The notes under the pieces were generated by a model. It made no database searches and was not told the DNA's origin. It saw only the letters and a list, made by a program, of their open reading frames with translations. Made by a program: the position numbers and the translations under genes. A stretch of DNA of 64,000 nt from Heteronotia binoei (taxonomy: Eukaryota), in the NCBI RefSeq assembly GCF_032191835.1, contig NC_083227.1, forward strand, positions 126,170,001 to 126,234,000, written 5' to 3'. Positions 45,571 to 59,039 of the stretch are shown here, piece by piece; within the stretch, counting starts at the first letter, position 1, and each line of letters opens with the position of its first letter.

Positions 45571-46927
45571 TACACCAAATGGCATGGAAGGCAGTGCTAT
45601 TCCAGACAGTATTTGGTGGAAGGTAAGCTGTTTCAGCAGATCTTGCTGAGAGTTTGTCAATCTTATATGAACTCGGAGCAGTTCAAGTACCAAAAGTACC
45701 TCTTCTAACTACTCATAGCTGCCAGTTATAATGAATGCAGTACATTCCAGGAGACAGTCAGCTATACTGACACGGTCACTTGCTTGGGTGACCTGCTGAC
45801 CCACACAATCTTTTCATCCAATTACCACCAGAGTGGCATGGGATTCCATCACAGGGAATTAGCAACTATGCTACTGCAGAAATGCTTAAATTACGCATGG
45901 GAAGCCAAGCAGAAGGAATATGGAAATGAAGGGAAAATAAGGTAACCACATGTCGACAGAGTCATCTCTGCTGCAGAATTCCAATGCAATACCATTACAC
46001 CCAAGAAAGCCGTTTCAAACCAAGCCCATTTTTACTAAATAATGAAATCCATACCTGTTATTAGGGATAAGCAGGCTCAAAATGCAAACCAGCACGTGCT
46101 TTCCTTTAAAAAAGCTATCTAAATATTATTTTTAAAACTATTTTGGAAATAATTGGGAAAGGTAAACCCCTGCAATCTGGTGCCTTGATGACACCATTTC
46201 AGTTCACTTCAGCAAGGGCAACAGGAACTAGAGAGTGGGAAAAGCAACAATGTAAGCAACAAACCAGTAACACATATATGGGTCTTACAAAACAGGATTG
46301 GACTGATGGGTTTCTGTGACCATGTTTCAGCCAATCATTGATTTGTTTTGCTGGCCTAGGGATGCTTTCTGGATTTGTACAAACAAGTTCAGCACCAACA
46401 TTTCCCTGCCCATGTGTAGTAATTTGAGGAATGTGTAAATGTGTCCTCTCTCAATAAATCACTTTGCCATTGAAACTGCTACTATGTGGCTGAGCTACAT
46501 TAGGCATTTCCTGCCCTGGGACTCCAGAGGGCCAGCTCTGCATGCTTTGTAATGCTTGCTGCCAAACATCTCCGAATGCCTACCTGCCAAACATGGGAAG
46601 TCTCATTCTGTTACGTTGTTTTTTTACTTATGTTTTAAATCTTATTCATAGTTCTGTATTTTACTATGTTTTTTTAATGTTTTAATTTTTATGGCTAGAA
46701 GTAAACTGTATACTTTGGGGGGTTTGCTGGGTTGTTATGGCCTATGGCTACAACAATAAAATACTTTGAACTACCAGCCAAACACCTCCCTGTGCTCCTT
46801 CTGGAACCTTGCCTTTCTTGGATTGCTAAAATAATTGTGCAGCATCTATTTTTTAAAAAATTCTACACAGCATCTAATGATTCCAGGTATAACAATAAAT
46901 TAAAAAATTAAAAGAATCACAACTCAC

Positions 46928-47077
46928 CAGTGGTTTCACTGTTTTCTCAGTTCTGTCTTTGGCAAGATTGTAGCCACAGCTGGGGCAGATCCGTGGCTTG
47001 TGCCGATTAGTATATATATAGTTGCAAGAAGGGTTCTTACACTTGCCTCTACCTCGTGACGTTGCCAGCCCCAGATC
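46928..47077 (-). CDS. HMGXB3: HMGXB3 exon 11 (Cys-rich Zn-binding motif 2)
   Basis: ctgcag|DLGLATSRGRGKCKNPSCNYIYTNRHKPRICPSCGYNLAKDRTEKTVKPL|gtgagt, 150 nt, phase 0-0. Confidence 0.96.
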
Positions 47078-48915
47078 CTGCAGAGAAACAGACCACATCT
47101 CTATCCTCCTTGCACTCTGTGTTCCACAAGGCAACCAGATGTCTATGTTTACTTCCTGCTTATATTCCAACAGGAACACTGGAGGTTTATATTAACAAAA
47201 AGGCAAAAGCTCCATCAGGGAGCCAAGGCAAATCTTATTCAGAAAGGATTAATGTCAACTAAAATAAAGCCTGTACATGTTACATTTCACTGCATCATTG
47301 TGAGCCACAAGCAGATGACAAATGGAAACCATGTATGCACTCACACTAGCAGTTGCAACATTTATGTGCAAATCAAACCGTAAACAGTTAAGGACTGAAA
47401 TCATGACAAGACATAATCCAAGAGGAAGAAGAGGAGATAGATGGTGAGCTAGAAACCAAACCACATGGGACTCAAACAATGGATAAATGACACAGAGCTT
47501 TCATCTTTAAATTTGGTTAAAGTCAACTGCATAATTTTCATCTTTAGACAACCTGCTTGAAATCTGGAAAGTGGCCAAGGTTTCAAATAGCGCCTCAAGA
47601 AAGATTTTGCCAACATCCAGTTGACCACGTAACTATTCACCTTGCTTGATATACAAGTGATTCTTACTAGTCTATTTTCCTTTGCATCTTGCCAAAAAAA
47701 AGACAACGTAGTGTAGTGAGAAGATTTCTAAAGTAGAGATGTGACCACCAAAAAAAATGGTATTTTTCAAATTTGGATATTAGGGAACAAAAAAATATTG
47801 GTATACTTAATTACTCAGGTTCCAACTAGTGGTTTGGTACTGGGATCAAGGTTTATTTTTTCAGGATTCTGATATTATTTGGCTCCATTATTCCCTATGC
47901 GGAATCTTTCCATGGGGCTAGAGGGGCTGTTTTTTTCAAACAAATGACACTAAAAGACTTCTGCTACTCCCAGGGAGCATCATTCATTTGGGGGGGGGGG
48001 GCATTATTCCAGCCCCACAGCAGTCTATCTGGTCCAGAGACTGTAATTTTAAATCTGTTCCACATTTTCACTGAAACTTTTGTGTGCTGCTGTGACCGAC
48101 TGCACTTTTTAAGAGGCTTTAAAGTGCTGTACATAAAACTACAGGACTGTGAAGGGTTAATACTTCATAGAGGGAGACTCTTGAGTGACAGGCTGTTCCA
48201 GGCAATCTAATTGGTTGGCATCAGCTTAGCAAAGAAAGATTGGTGCAAGCTGTATGCTGAGAAAATTGAGTCTGATTTCTGACTTAACTGTGATGAGTAA
48301 AGAGCTTAGGGCTGACAAACTCAGAATTCTTCCATGGCTGAATATAGTCTTAATTCAGCATTAGCTGAGAACAGTTTGAACACAAGACAGCGAACTGGGG
48401 AAAACTTTAGCAAGGATGTTGGGTACCATAAGAAGTCTCCCATTCAAGCCAAAAGGAAAAGGGAATAGATCTTCTAGGGAGAGAAGAACAATCCCTGCCC
48501 AGTTAAACAGGGAAAGTTATCTCCGAGAAGTAGAGATCTCTGGTCTAGTGTGATTGAAACTGCTTGTGGAAACTTTAAAAGTCACTTAAAAATTCAAGAA
48601 GATTTCTAGTGATCCAAGAGAAGGGGTTTAGGTACCAGGAAGCACAGAATTCAAGCCAAACCAACCTGGCAAACCGATACCATGCCCTAACAAGAAGACA
48701 CTGACCCAGATGGTTCTGGGAGCCTTAAAGCACAGCCCCTCCCCTTCCCAATATTCCTGGTTACTCCCAAATATTCTGAGGCCCATTTAGAAATATTTCA
48801 AGACCCATCCTAGAAAATCCTAGCTACCATCTGGACACCCAGGAAATACTAATAAGGTAATTTTTTAAATATTTAATCAGACCGGAAGTATCTGAATGCA
48901 CATTCAGATTCTTAC

Positions 48916-49014
48916 CAGGGTTACAGTGCAGCTGTACTTATAAGAAGGGAATACATCTGGCTTGACCTCCACCACTTTGACCTGAGATGCTGAGCTGTTT
49001 GTGTTGCCAGGAAG
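48916..49014 (-). CDS. HMGXB3: HMGXB3 exon 10
   Basis: ataaag|LPGNTNSSASQVKVVEVKPDVFPSYKYSCTVTL|gtaaga, 99 nt. Confidence 0.93.
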
Positions 49015-49377
49015 CTTTATATAGAGAACAAGGAGACAAAAGAGAAATGAGACTGTCAGATTAATTATTAGTTCCTCCCTAGATCTGATTCTTTCTCACC
49101 ACCATCACTTCATTATTCACTTCACAATCCATGTAACGTACCTATGGACTATCAAGCTGTTGTCTGAAGAATGGTTCCGACTACTACTGATACACGGTAC
49201 TGGACCCACACAAACCCCAAGGAACTCAAGTATACAACCCCCACTCAAGTACATCACTTATGTACCATCAGCCTATTTCCCCTGTCAAATCACAGTAGAG
49301 AACCAAATTATCATTGCATACTAACATATACATTCCAGGATAATAAAATAACAAGTATTCAGACAAAGCACAGTTAC

Positions 49378-49469
49378 CTTGTGTTCTTCTACACTGGGCA
49401 GTGGGGACTGGCCCAGCTGCTTCAGAGTATTAGGCTTCAGTCCTGAGATTCTTACAGGGGAATTTTTTT
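49378..49469 (-). CDS. HMGXB3: HMGXB3 exon 9
   Basis: ttcaag|(E)KNSPVRISGLKPNTLKQLGQSPLPSVEEHK|gtaact, 92 nt. Confidence 0.92.
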
Positions 49470-50078
49470 CTTGAAGAAAAAACAAGAACAGGATGCTTAG
49501 CATATCAAGTGTGCACTGATGCAGCTGTGGGTTGTGCTGCAGCCAATGAACTATTCAAGGCCGCACCTGAAATCTCTGTAAAAGAGGCTCTAGAGCCACA
49601 TGTACTACATGTGGCTTTTCTGAGCATTGCTCCCCAGTGTGGCACCTGCCCCATTTCAGGAATGTGGGCAAGGCCCTTGCCTGATGGGGCTACTGGTGGT
49701 TCCCACAGTAAAACAGTCACCACCAGAGTTGGTGTGGGTAAGATGAGGAATGGATAAGATGAGAGTCTTCGAAAAGTGTAGAGTTCCTGCTAGGGTGGAA
49801 GTGGCTCTTTCTGTTGATGGTAATTGCAAATATGGCTGCTCAAGAGCTGCGGAGTCAGTGCCATTGTTGTAACAGTTGTCTTACAAGGGTAGGTGAAACT
49901 GGTGTATCAGGGTGCATTTACAGAACAGAAGATCATGGCATTGCATCACACAGGGAAATTTTGCTCTAAGTACTGTCTTTCCAAAAGTTGCACTAACAGT
50001 CACTCCTAACCACCAAACCTCCAGTTGTAGTGTCAAGGCCTACTAGTCAGAAAATACAACCCCTCTCCTGGGCTTTAC

Positions 50079-50254
50079 CATTATTTGGAAATGACTGTCG
50101 GCAACTGGGCTGCTCTGCCTTGGTTTCCCTCGCCATGCCAAAAGGTGCAGGCAAAATTGCTCTCATGGGTCTTGCAGCTGCTAGCAAGGATGGCTTCGGT
50201 CTCACTTTGCTCTTCTGCTCCTGGCCTTTGGGTGCAGTGCCCAGAACGTCACCC
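50079..50254 (-). CDS. HMGXB3: HMGXB3 exon 8
   Basis: tttcag|GDVLGTAPK...KPSLLAAARPMRAILPAP...RQSFPNN|gtaaag, 176 nt. Confidence 0.93.
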
Positions 50255-50570
50255 CTGAAAAGGTAAAAAATGCAGTTGAGAACTCCAGAGTCCACATATG
50301 CTAGCAACAATTACAATTTGCCTGTGAGACAAAGTTGTGGGTTTGAAATTCATCAATTGTCATCTAAATGAGGCATGGTGAAAAGAAGATAGTTTTGGCT
50401 CATAGACTTGTAAACAGATAGGTTAAGGACTTTTCTAAACAGGCTAGAAGGTAAAAGTTGTTTTAATTCACTGATTCAAAGTGCACTAAAAATGTATGCA
50501 GCCACTTGGATCTGAACTACAATGATAGCTGGAACACACCACCCATTTCCTTCACAGAAAACTGACTTAC

Positions 50571-51004
50571 CCAATTGTTTGTTTCATTGCAGATGTTGGG
50601 TTTGAAAGCACATTTGCAGAGTTCACCACTTCAGTGGATGGCTGGGTCTCCGGCCCTTCATTTTCCCTCTCCTTCTGTTCTAATGAAGAGTCTACAGATG
50701 CAGAGTTCTCTTGAATCTGAATAACTGTAGGAGCATTTCCGTGCTCCTCTGGCTGAACATTGTTCGCAAGGATGTGAGCCTCAGAGATTATTACTTCTTC
50801 CCACTCAGTCTCCTGCACCTGCTCACCAGCAGGAGCTGCGTTCAATAGCTGGCTAACAGCTTCAGAGACCTCTTGAGTACATTTTGATGCACCATCCTGT
50901 CCCATTGCCTGTCCTAAGGTTGATGGTGGCTGACTTCTTTTGGGCCCCAATGTTTTTATAGGCATGCCTGAATTTGGCTCAGATTTACCTTTTGGCTGCT
51001 TCAC
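50571..51004 (-). CDS. HMGXB3: HMGXB3 exon 7
   Basis: tttcag|VKQPKGKSEP...EVSEAVSQLL...ETEWEEVIISEAHIL...MKQTI|gtaagt, 434 nt open frame with matching phases. Confidence 0.92.
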
Positions 51005-52013
51005 CTGAAAGCACAACATACAACTAATATCACACTTACTTCAGTTTGGACATTCACAACTAATCATATTTAAATCAAACTGACTTGAAAAAGAAATTAA
51101 TGATTCCACAACTGTGAAAATGCATTGTGCAGGGGGTTGGACTAGATGACCCCGGAGGTCCCTTCCGATTCTAAGACTCTGTTAGTATTGAGGGCCAATT
51201 CTGATTCTACCAACATTTGATAGGAAGTTCCTTAAAAGGATTCAATGTAGTGGGTACGGTGTGCAGAAATGTTAAAGGTAAGTTCAGCATCTTCCTCTTT
51301 TTGTTTTAAAGCAAAGTCTCACACACTATCTGGAAATACACCACAGCCATCTGCCTTCCATAGTCTTTAAACCAAACTATAACTGGCAGATCTGTTCTAT
51401 GTGAGACTTGGGGTTTTTCTGCATCCTTAACTGACTCCTGATTTTCTTGGCAGTTGATCCACAAGCACTAGAATGGGTTAAGGAATGGTTCTTCTGCATG
51501 TCTGCCCTCCCTCTGCATTTTCACAGTTGTGGAGTAATCTTTTTTGCACTTATGCTTTAAATAATCAGTGTTTTCAACAGAGAGTGTTGTCATCAGTGGT
51601 GTCATCAGTGACACCACAGCATCCCTCCTTTTTATTTTTGGTGCATGGTAATATTGATATGCTGTTGTAGTGATAGATTCTCTGAACTGCCAGCTTTCAT
51701 TTAAAAAAAAAAGTCCCAAGTCCTCATGAAAATGTAAGAAAAAAGGCATATCTCCATAAGGAAAGAAGCTACAGACTTTTTCTGAAGCTGGAAATTCAGA
51801 GCTGAAAAATCTGTCACTACAATGGTATACTCATCTATCAATATTTTAGTGTCTTTTTAAAAAAAAATGTATACTCTTCTTGCTATGAACAACAATAAAA
51901 GAGATCTACTACATCTACAAAAAATGTTCTATCATCACTTCCATGCTTTTATTTTCTGGATTAGAAACCAATGCAAAAAGGCTAGATGTGTTTGTCTATA
52001 ATCTGAAACATAC

Positions 52014-52145
52014 CTTTGGGATCCATTTTCCCCCCAGGAAGTTTCCACACAGAGGACATTTTGGTGGTTTGTGTCTGGTCACATAAGTAAAGGAACAGCC
52101 AGGATTGGAGCAATTTCCATGCCCTCTGCGAGTGTAAGTAGTTGT
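52014..52145 (-). CDS. HMGXB3: HMGXB3 exon 6 (Cys-rich Zn-binding motif 1)
   Basis: cttcag|TTTYTRRGHGNCSNPGCSFTYVTRHKPPKCPLCGNFLGGKWIPK|gtatgt, 132 nt, phase 0-0. Confidence 0.96.
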
Positions 52146-52267
52146 CTGAAGTGACAGGGGTATAAATTACTTTATAAACAAGAATTTACATCATAAGTTT
52201 CCTGCCTCTCAACAAAGATACAAACATGAGGCCCCACAGTTATCCAGCAGAAATTACATGCTTTATG

Positions 52268-52426
52268 CAGGCCTTGGATTCAGCAGGAGCTCACAGGAGC
52301 ACAGCTCCTGAACCTTTCTGAGGGTTCCCCCTCATCCTCCCCATCTTGTCCACTGAATAGTAGGTGCAGCTGCATAACAATCCCTGGATGAGCTCCACCA
52401 CCTATTTTTCTACAAAGCGACCCATG
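52268..52426. mobile_element. hAT-type MITE, 159 bp
   Basis: Perfect 8-bp TSD GCTTTATG (52260-52267, 52427-52434); imperfect CAGG/CATG ends. Confidence 0.8.
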
Positions 52427-53012
52427 GCTTTATGACTACTGAGACTTACAGAAAGTTAAATATTTCCCACATAATGGAGGGACAGGCTATAAAAAATAGT
52501 GTTTTCGGCCGGGGGGGGGGGGGGGGAGAGTGCTTCTTTAACTAAATAAATGACACAATTTGTCAATCAGTGAAACTGGTTTCCATTTGATGGAACATCA
52601 GAACAAGTGTGTGAACAGATTACTGTCAGGTGATGGGAGTGGAAACAAGACTGTATCAGTAGGACAGAATCAAATGCACTACTTCACGTGGCTCTCTAGA
52701 CAGAAGCCTAATCTGGGCAGCCCCAAATGTAGCTCATGTTCGCCAGAGTTTCTAGGAAGTTGATGAGAATGAGATTCCCTTGCCACACTCTCGTCAATCT
52801 CACTAAACTGGTACGCTTTATAACAGCTCATTTTCAGCCTCAGTAAGCCAAAGGTTACTAAAACCATGCCCATTATACCAGTTTTGATTTGCATTATATT
52901 AAAGCAGACTTGCTTTATATCTTAAACTATATGAGCAGGAAGGAGAATAGGAAACGCACAATTGCTTTTGCTTTGTTGTGCAGCCAGAGAACAGAGACAG
53001 AAAGTGGCCAAT

Positions 53013-53400
53013 TAAGAACATATGAAGAACACCACTGGACCAGACCAGTAGTCCATGCAGTCCAGCATCCTTTTGCAAAAGTGGCAAACCCTCTGGAAGC
53101 TCAACAACTTGGCATAGAGGCCCAGACCTTCCCCTAATGTTGCTTCCTGGCACTGGGATTCAGATGCTGACTGCCTCTGAATGTGGAGGTTCCCCTCAGC
53201 CACCATGCCTAGTAGCCACTGACAGACCTATCCTCCATGAATCTACCTTTCAAAGCTGTTTATTCCAGTAGCCAATCACTACATCCTCTGGCAGTGACTT
53301 CCACATTTTAATTACTTTCTGTATAAAGAAGTATTTCTTTTTGTTCATCCTGAATCTACTGCCCATCAGATAATAGGATACCCCTGAATTCTAATATTTT
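53013..53400 (-). mobile_element. Older CR1 3' fragment
   Basis: Reverse complement resembles the CR1 RT end and 3'UTR; a smaller piece lies at 55725-55830. Confidence 0.7.
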
Positions 53401-53659
53401 GGAAGAGGAAGGAAAACTTCTCCAGTTCCCTCCTGGACGGCAGAAAGGAACCAGAAAGATGACTGTGTGCCTATTTTCTGTCTGGCAACCAAACATGGGA
53501 GGAACCTGGTCATGGATTTGTGGTCCAAGATAGGCACCCACTCTCCCACCTCCTAGGACGTTTTAAGCTGTAAGGAAAAATACCCCTTCACAGCTTGGGA
53601 TTTTGTGCAGACCAGGAACTGTATTGGTTGAATTCATCTACCAATCAACCTGGCCCACT

Positions 53660-53950
53660 GGAGAACCAGTTTGGTGTAGTGGTTAAGTGCACGGACTCTT
53701 ATCTGGGAGAACCGGGTTTGATTCTCCACTCCTCCACTTGCAGCTGCTAGAATGGCCTTGAGTCAGCCGTAGTTCTCGCAGAGCTTGTCCTTGAACGGGA
53801 AGCTTCTATGAGAGTTCTCTCCCCCCCCCCCACCTAACTCACAGGGTGTTTGTTGTGGGGGAGGAATATAAAGGAGATTGTGAGCCACTCTGAGTCTCTG
53901 AGATTCAGAGCGGAGGGCAGAATATAAATCTAGTATCATCATCATTATCC
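53660..53950 (+). mobile_element. Squam3-type SINE
   Basis: Homologous to other copies. Confidence 0.88.
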
Positions 53951-54206
53951 TCTTGTCTACCATTTCTACAAAGCCATGACACACATTGCTGTGAAGCAGC
54001 AGCAACACTTCCAGCTCCCAGGGCACAGTTACCACTTCACTGCCTGATATCTTTACCAGGGTACCTGGGCAAAAGAAGAGCCCAAACGCTAATCCTTCAA
54101 GTTATGAGGAAGACCACTTCCCACAGAGCTAGACATGTATTATTATAATACAAGTAAAATGAAAAGCTTTTCTAAATCAGACGGCCTCAGCATTTCTTGC
54201 ACTGAC

Positions 54207-54305
54207 CAGTTTGATTGATGCTGGATTTTCCAGAACAGAATGCGCTGGCAGAGGTAGCATAATGAACTGTGCAGTAGGTGTTGAAGAATTACTTTCTCCT
54301 CTATC
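54207..54305 (-). CDS. HMGXB3: HMGXB3 exon 5
   Basis: ttgtag|DRGESNSSTPTAQFIMLPLPAHSVLENPASIKL|gtcagt, 99 nt. Confidence 0.93.
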
Positions 54306-55127
54306 CTACAAATAAAAATCAGTGTAAGAAAACATGGACAACTTTATCTGTGCTGTAGTGATCCATCACAGGCATCCATCAATATGAAGGTCATACAAAA
54401 CTAACAAGACCTACAGAAATTAAGTTTGCTTAACAGACTATTTGTTTTCCAGCTGAAAGTGTTTAGGATCATTCTAAAAGTAATTATTGATTTAAACTAA
54501 GCTAAGGCAGTCCTTCCTGCTCCTCTGTGCCTGGAGATCTCCTAAACAATACTTGAAAGAAATTACTGATGTTTCTGTTTATTAATAATGACTCAAACAT
54601 TCTTACATAGATGACCCTGGAGGTCCCTTCCAACTCTATGATTCTATTATTTCAAACTGTAATTGTGCTAATCAGCCCAAAAAGGGCTTTAATGATTCCC
54701 CCACCCCTTGGAACTAGAGGTTTAACAACAGGAGCAGGACTGTATCTACTGCTTGTCATCACCACTATATGATTTATGCTCCCACTCAATGCAGACCCCC
54801 ACTGCACTCAGCACCGTACCTCTAAGGTCCTCTGAACTCCCACAGTAACATTTCAGAGAGCACAGTGGGCCGCAGAAAGAAAAGCAGGAAGCAGGAAACT
54901 TGAACAAGCAAAGCTCTACTCAGTTTCTTGGATACAACCTATTGTGACTAGGGATGAAGCTACATAATGGTACAAATCCTACATGAAAAGGAGCAAAATG
55001 AATCCTAAATACACTTACTTAGGAGTAAGTGCCACTGATTTCAATGGAACCTCCTTCCAGAGGGGAAATGCCTCAGACTAGCATAAATCTAGAAACAGGA
55101 AGAGAGATTACCATAATCTTTACTTAC

Positions 55128-55694
55128 TCTTCTGGTCAGCACTGTTACCACAGAGAGGCCATCTGAAATCTGTGGTTGTGCCACACTAACACACCCATTG
55201 GAGGCATCTGAGGAGCTGTTAACCAAAGTCTCTTCAATAACCACGCTGGTTGTTTGATAAGGATAGCTGTCTCCCACTTCCAAAGGGGTCTCATCCACGA
55301 TGACATCTCCAGCTACCTTAGGTGCTGTAGGTCGGGCATAGTGAGACAAGATTTCTGATGCAACAACTTCTTCTATTGTGTCTGACTGAACAAATGAGGC
55401 TGCGTCTTCTGCAATGCCTTCAATGGCAATGCACTGCTCAGAAATGCCAACCTGGCTAGATTCTACAGAAAGGATGTTCTGTACAGCACTGTGGGAAGCA
55501 CCCGTGGTATTAGCAGATAACGTCAGTCCTTCTGATGGTGTTTGGCCCTGGGCAACACAGAGTTCCAAGTGCTGTTTACTCCTCTCCTCTTGGAGAGTAC
55601 CTTTGGGAATAATGATGTAATCTGAGCGAGGAAGGATTTTACGGAAACCTGGAATGTCCGGAACTACAGCAGTCAGGGAAGACAACTTCGAATT
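55128..55694 (-). CDS. HMGXB3: HMGXB3 exon 4
   Basis: ctatag|NSKLSSLTAVVPDIPGFRKILPRSDYIIIPK...LSVVTVLTRR|gtaagt, 567 nt. Confidence 0.96.
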
Positions 55695-56636
55695 CTATAG
55701 AAAAGGTGAAAAGGAAACACAAGACTATAAGAGAAGCCATGCTAGATCAGGCCAATGGCCCACCCAGTCCAACATGCTGTGTTACATAGTGGCCAAAACC
55801 CAGGTGCCATTAGGAGGCCCACCAGTGCGACCAGACAACTGTTGTTTTGATGCACAATTTATTTATTTATTCATTTCTATTTACAATCTGCCCTCTCCAC
55901 AAGTGGGCTCAGTCAAGAAAATATCATAACATCAAATATGGATTAAAATATCAGATAAAATATTGATTAAAATGCCAGAACAGTAACATAAAATCATATC
56001 CTATATGTGGCCCCACAAATAGGCTAAAGCAGTCAGATATTGGTAATCCTTCAGAAGGCAAAAGGCTAGCAAGGCCTCTTTATTTTTACAAAAACTTTCA
56101 GTACCTCACTCACTTTTTCCATCTGAAAGCTTAAGGAAATCCCTCCACTGAGGCACACATTCTTACTGTAGTGTGTAGATATCCACCCAACATTTGCATG
56201 CATTCATTTCATGCACAGGTGGCTGTTTTACAGCAGTGGATTTTGTAACTGCTTAAAATAGCTGCTTTTACCGTGCAAATATGAATGACCTATAAATGCT
56301 AGAGATTGCACTGTATCAAGCATCAGCAAGTTGCCCTTTTAAGTATTTTGTGTTACTGGTAAGACTCCTGAAAAATGTACTGTAATTAGGCCACTTTAGG
56401 TGCCCTAGTTAATTGTACCAAAATTTTCAGGGACCCATCCTCCCAGATTCTTGGAATTTTTTCCACCCAGTGGCATTGTAAGACAAGACAGACTAGCTGT
56501 TTAAAGAAACCTAGATGCTTGCAGCTCCACAAAACTGCTCTTCCTTTCTCAAAATACTGAAATTTCTCAGAATAATAATGAAATAAAAGACTACAACAAT
56601 GTCAGCACTTTATTAGTGTAGGTTTTCAGTGTAGAG

Positions 56637-56919
56637 CAGGGGTGATCAAACTTGCTTAATGTAAAAGCCACATAGAATAGATATCAGATGTTTCAGAGCC
56701 ACGAGACATGAATGTCAGATGTTTGAGAGTCATAAGGGAGGGGAGGGAGGGACTTTAAATGCATTTTCCAAGCTGCCAGCTGGCTTGGCTTGGAGAAGTG
56801 ATTTAAAGAGAGAAATTTCTTTTCCAAGTCAGCCAACAGGGTGGTAGAAGCTTCAAGAGCCACACAATATGTCTGAAAGAGCCACATGTGTTTCCCGAGC
56901 CACAGTTTGGCCAACCCTG
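56637..56919. mobile_element. hAT (Charlie-like) MITE
   Basis: CAGGGGTGATCAAACT...AGTTTGGCCAACCCTG; TSD GTGTAGAG/ATGTAGAG (7 of 8). Confidence 0.82.
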
Positions 56920-56993
56920 ATGTAGAGCAACACACACTACAGTAATCCCCATGCCTGGAAGTATCATGAAAAAAGGCTACTTAAGCAAATTAC

Positions 56994-57168
56994 CGGGTCT
57001 AAACCTTCTTTCTCTAATTTAGCCTTCTCCAAATAATAACTTTTCTCAGCCACACTGAGCAGCCTCCAGCTTTCACTGATCTTCTTGTTAATTTCAGACT
57101 GAGGGAGATGTGGGAGCTCCTGTTGAACTTTCAGGTATATGTCATAATAGTAGAGAAGGTATGCAGAT
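56994..57168 (-). CDS. HMGXB3: HMGXB3 exon 3 (HMG box)
   Basis: tttcag|SAYLLYYYDIYLKVQQELPHLPQSEINKKISESWRLLSVAEKSYYLEKAKLEKEGLDP|gtaatt, 175 nt. Confidence 0.97.
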
Positions 57169-57411
57169 CTGAAAAGAAAACAAAATCCAGCCTTTTAAAA
57201 ACTACTCAAAATATCACACTTGAATCAAAGAACCCACCTATTCAACACCTGCCAGGACTGACAGATGTGTTTTTAGATAAATAGAAAGAAAATATAAGAT
57301 TGCCTTCTGTGAATAAGATTGTGGCTGAAAGGAGATTGTGTAAGCTGCTCTGAGACTCTGATTCAGAGAGAAGGGTGGAGTATAAAACTACGTTCTTCTT
57401 CTCCTCCTCCT

Positions 57412-57910
57412 CAGGGGTGTCAAACTCATTTGTTAGGAGGGCCAGATCTGACACAATTGAGACCATGTTGGGCTGAGTCATGTGTGTCATAAAATGTAAT
57501 GCCAGGTAGCAGAGATATAAGCTTTATAAAGGGCACAAACACAATTTTTTTAAAAAAAAAAACTTAAAATAAAACATGCTTAAAACATTTAGCACTCTTG
57601 AAATATTTTGTTTATTTAACAATCTCTGATAACTGACAATTCTTGCTCTGAGGAGCCTCAGCCAATAGAAAGAAGAGAGGCTTGGCTCAGTAGCTCTGCT
57701 GTGTGATTGAAAAAGCTCTCCCTCCCTCGCCTTCCTCCCCAGCCAATGGAGAAAACAGAGGCTTTGCTCTGTAGCTCCTGTGTGATTGAGCAAGCCTAGC
57801 AAAGGAAGGTGTGATGCAGAAGGAAGGAGAGAGAGAGAGAGGAGGAAGCAGATGACAGCCAGTTGCTCTCGGGCCTGATCTGGCCCTCGGGCCGCATGTT
57901 TGATACCCCT
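57412..57910. mobile_element. hAT (Charlie-like) MITE next to a Squam3 3' fragment
   Basis: CAGGGGTGTCAAAC...GTTTGATACCCCT ends; no TSD seen. Confidence 0.7.
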
Positions 57911-58422
57911 TTAATTTATAAATTACATAGTGAGGTGCTTCTGTCATCCCAGTTAGAATGCCCACTGCAGCTAGAGCCACTCTGTATCATATCACAGTAA
58001 ATCATCTGCCTACTTGCGCTTTGCAACTCTGTCAGGCCCAAAAGCCTTTGTTCTATAAGGTAATATGCTGCTGCTGCAGGAAGCAAGGATGAGAAAAAAA
58101 ATGGAGAAGCATTTTAGGCATGAAAGTGGCAATTCACTGCCTGCCCTACTTTCAGAATTCTTTTTCATAAATACAGAAAATGCAAGGGGCACTTCAATAC
58201 TTCTTAGACGAGCTAATAGTGTGGACACACATTCCATCTGCATTGCAAAAATATGCTTTTTACTGTAAACAAATTGCATGAGTTTTCTTTGTACTCTTGG
58301 GCACTCAAACATTTCAATAATCTGAATAATCTCTGAAACAAATTCAAAATCATTTTATCTGTTACCAAGAGTTACCATGCTGTCATTGCATACTGAGTCA
58401 TAAAACAAAGTCAACAGTGGTC

Positions 58423-58668
58423 GATTTCGCACTTAGCTTACCCCATTGGTCATGTTCCTCTTCTCTGCGCAGCGTCCGTCGGATTTCCCACTATCTGCAC
58501 CAGAGTTACAGAAAGTGTCGCAGCTTTTGCGCAGCACACGGAAACTGGTTTTTAGCGGTTTCCGTGTGTTGCGCGGAAGCCACGACGCTTCCGGTAACTA
58601 GTGGGAAATCCGACAGACGCTGCACAGAGGAGAGGAACGTGACCGCGGGGTAAACTGAGTGCAAAATC
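58423..58668. mobile_element. Fold-back MITE (Harbinger-like, tentative)
   Basis: Long imperfect terminal arms plus central hairpin gcgcagcacacggaaac...gtttccgtgtgttgcgc. Confidence 0.75.
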
Positions 58669-59039
58669 AGTAATAGCCTCACATTTCCCAACAAGGTTCT
58701 AACAAAAGAGGATGGGCTGAAGCTCAGTAGAAAAGCCTTTGTTTTACACACAGCAGGCTGAAGATTCCATTCAAAATCAGGTAAGAGGTCATGCAATAGT
58801 CCTCTGGCTGAGATCCTGGAGAACTGGTGTCAATCTGAGTAGACGATATGGGCTGTACAATCATAGAGTTGGAAGGGACCTCCAGGGTCACCTAGTCCAA
58901 CCCCCTGTACGATGCAAGAAATTCACAAATACCTCCTCCCATGGACCCCCACTGACACCCACTCCACACCCAGATGGCAAAAAAACCCTCCATGATCCCT
59001 GGCAAAACTGACCTGGAGAAAAATCACTGCCTGGCCTTG

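Noticed and set aside
48148-48560. Possible solo LTR starting TGTGAAGGGTTAA
   Set aside because: No convincing CA end, TSD or second copy.
49505-49990. Coding-looking ORFs in HMGXB3 intron 8 as an extra exon
   Set aside because: Exons 8 and 9 already join in frame and match the known protein; no splice-bounded stop-free frame was found.
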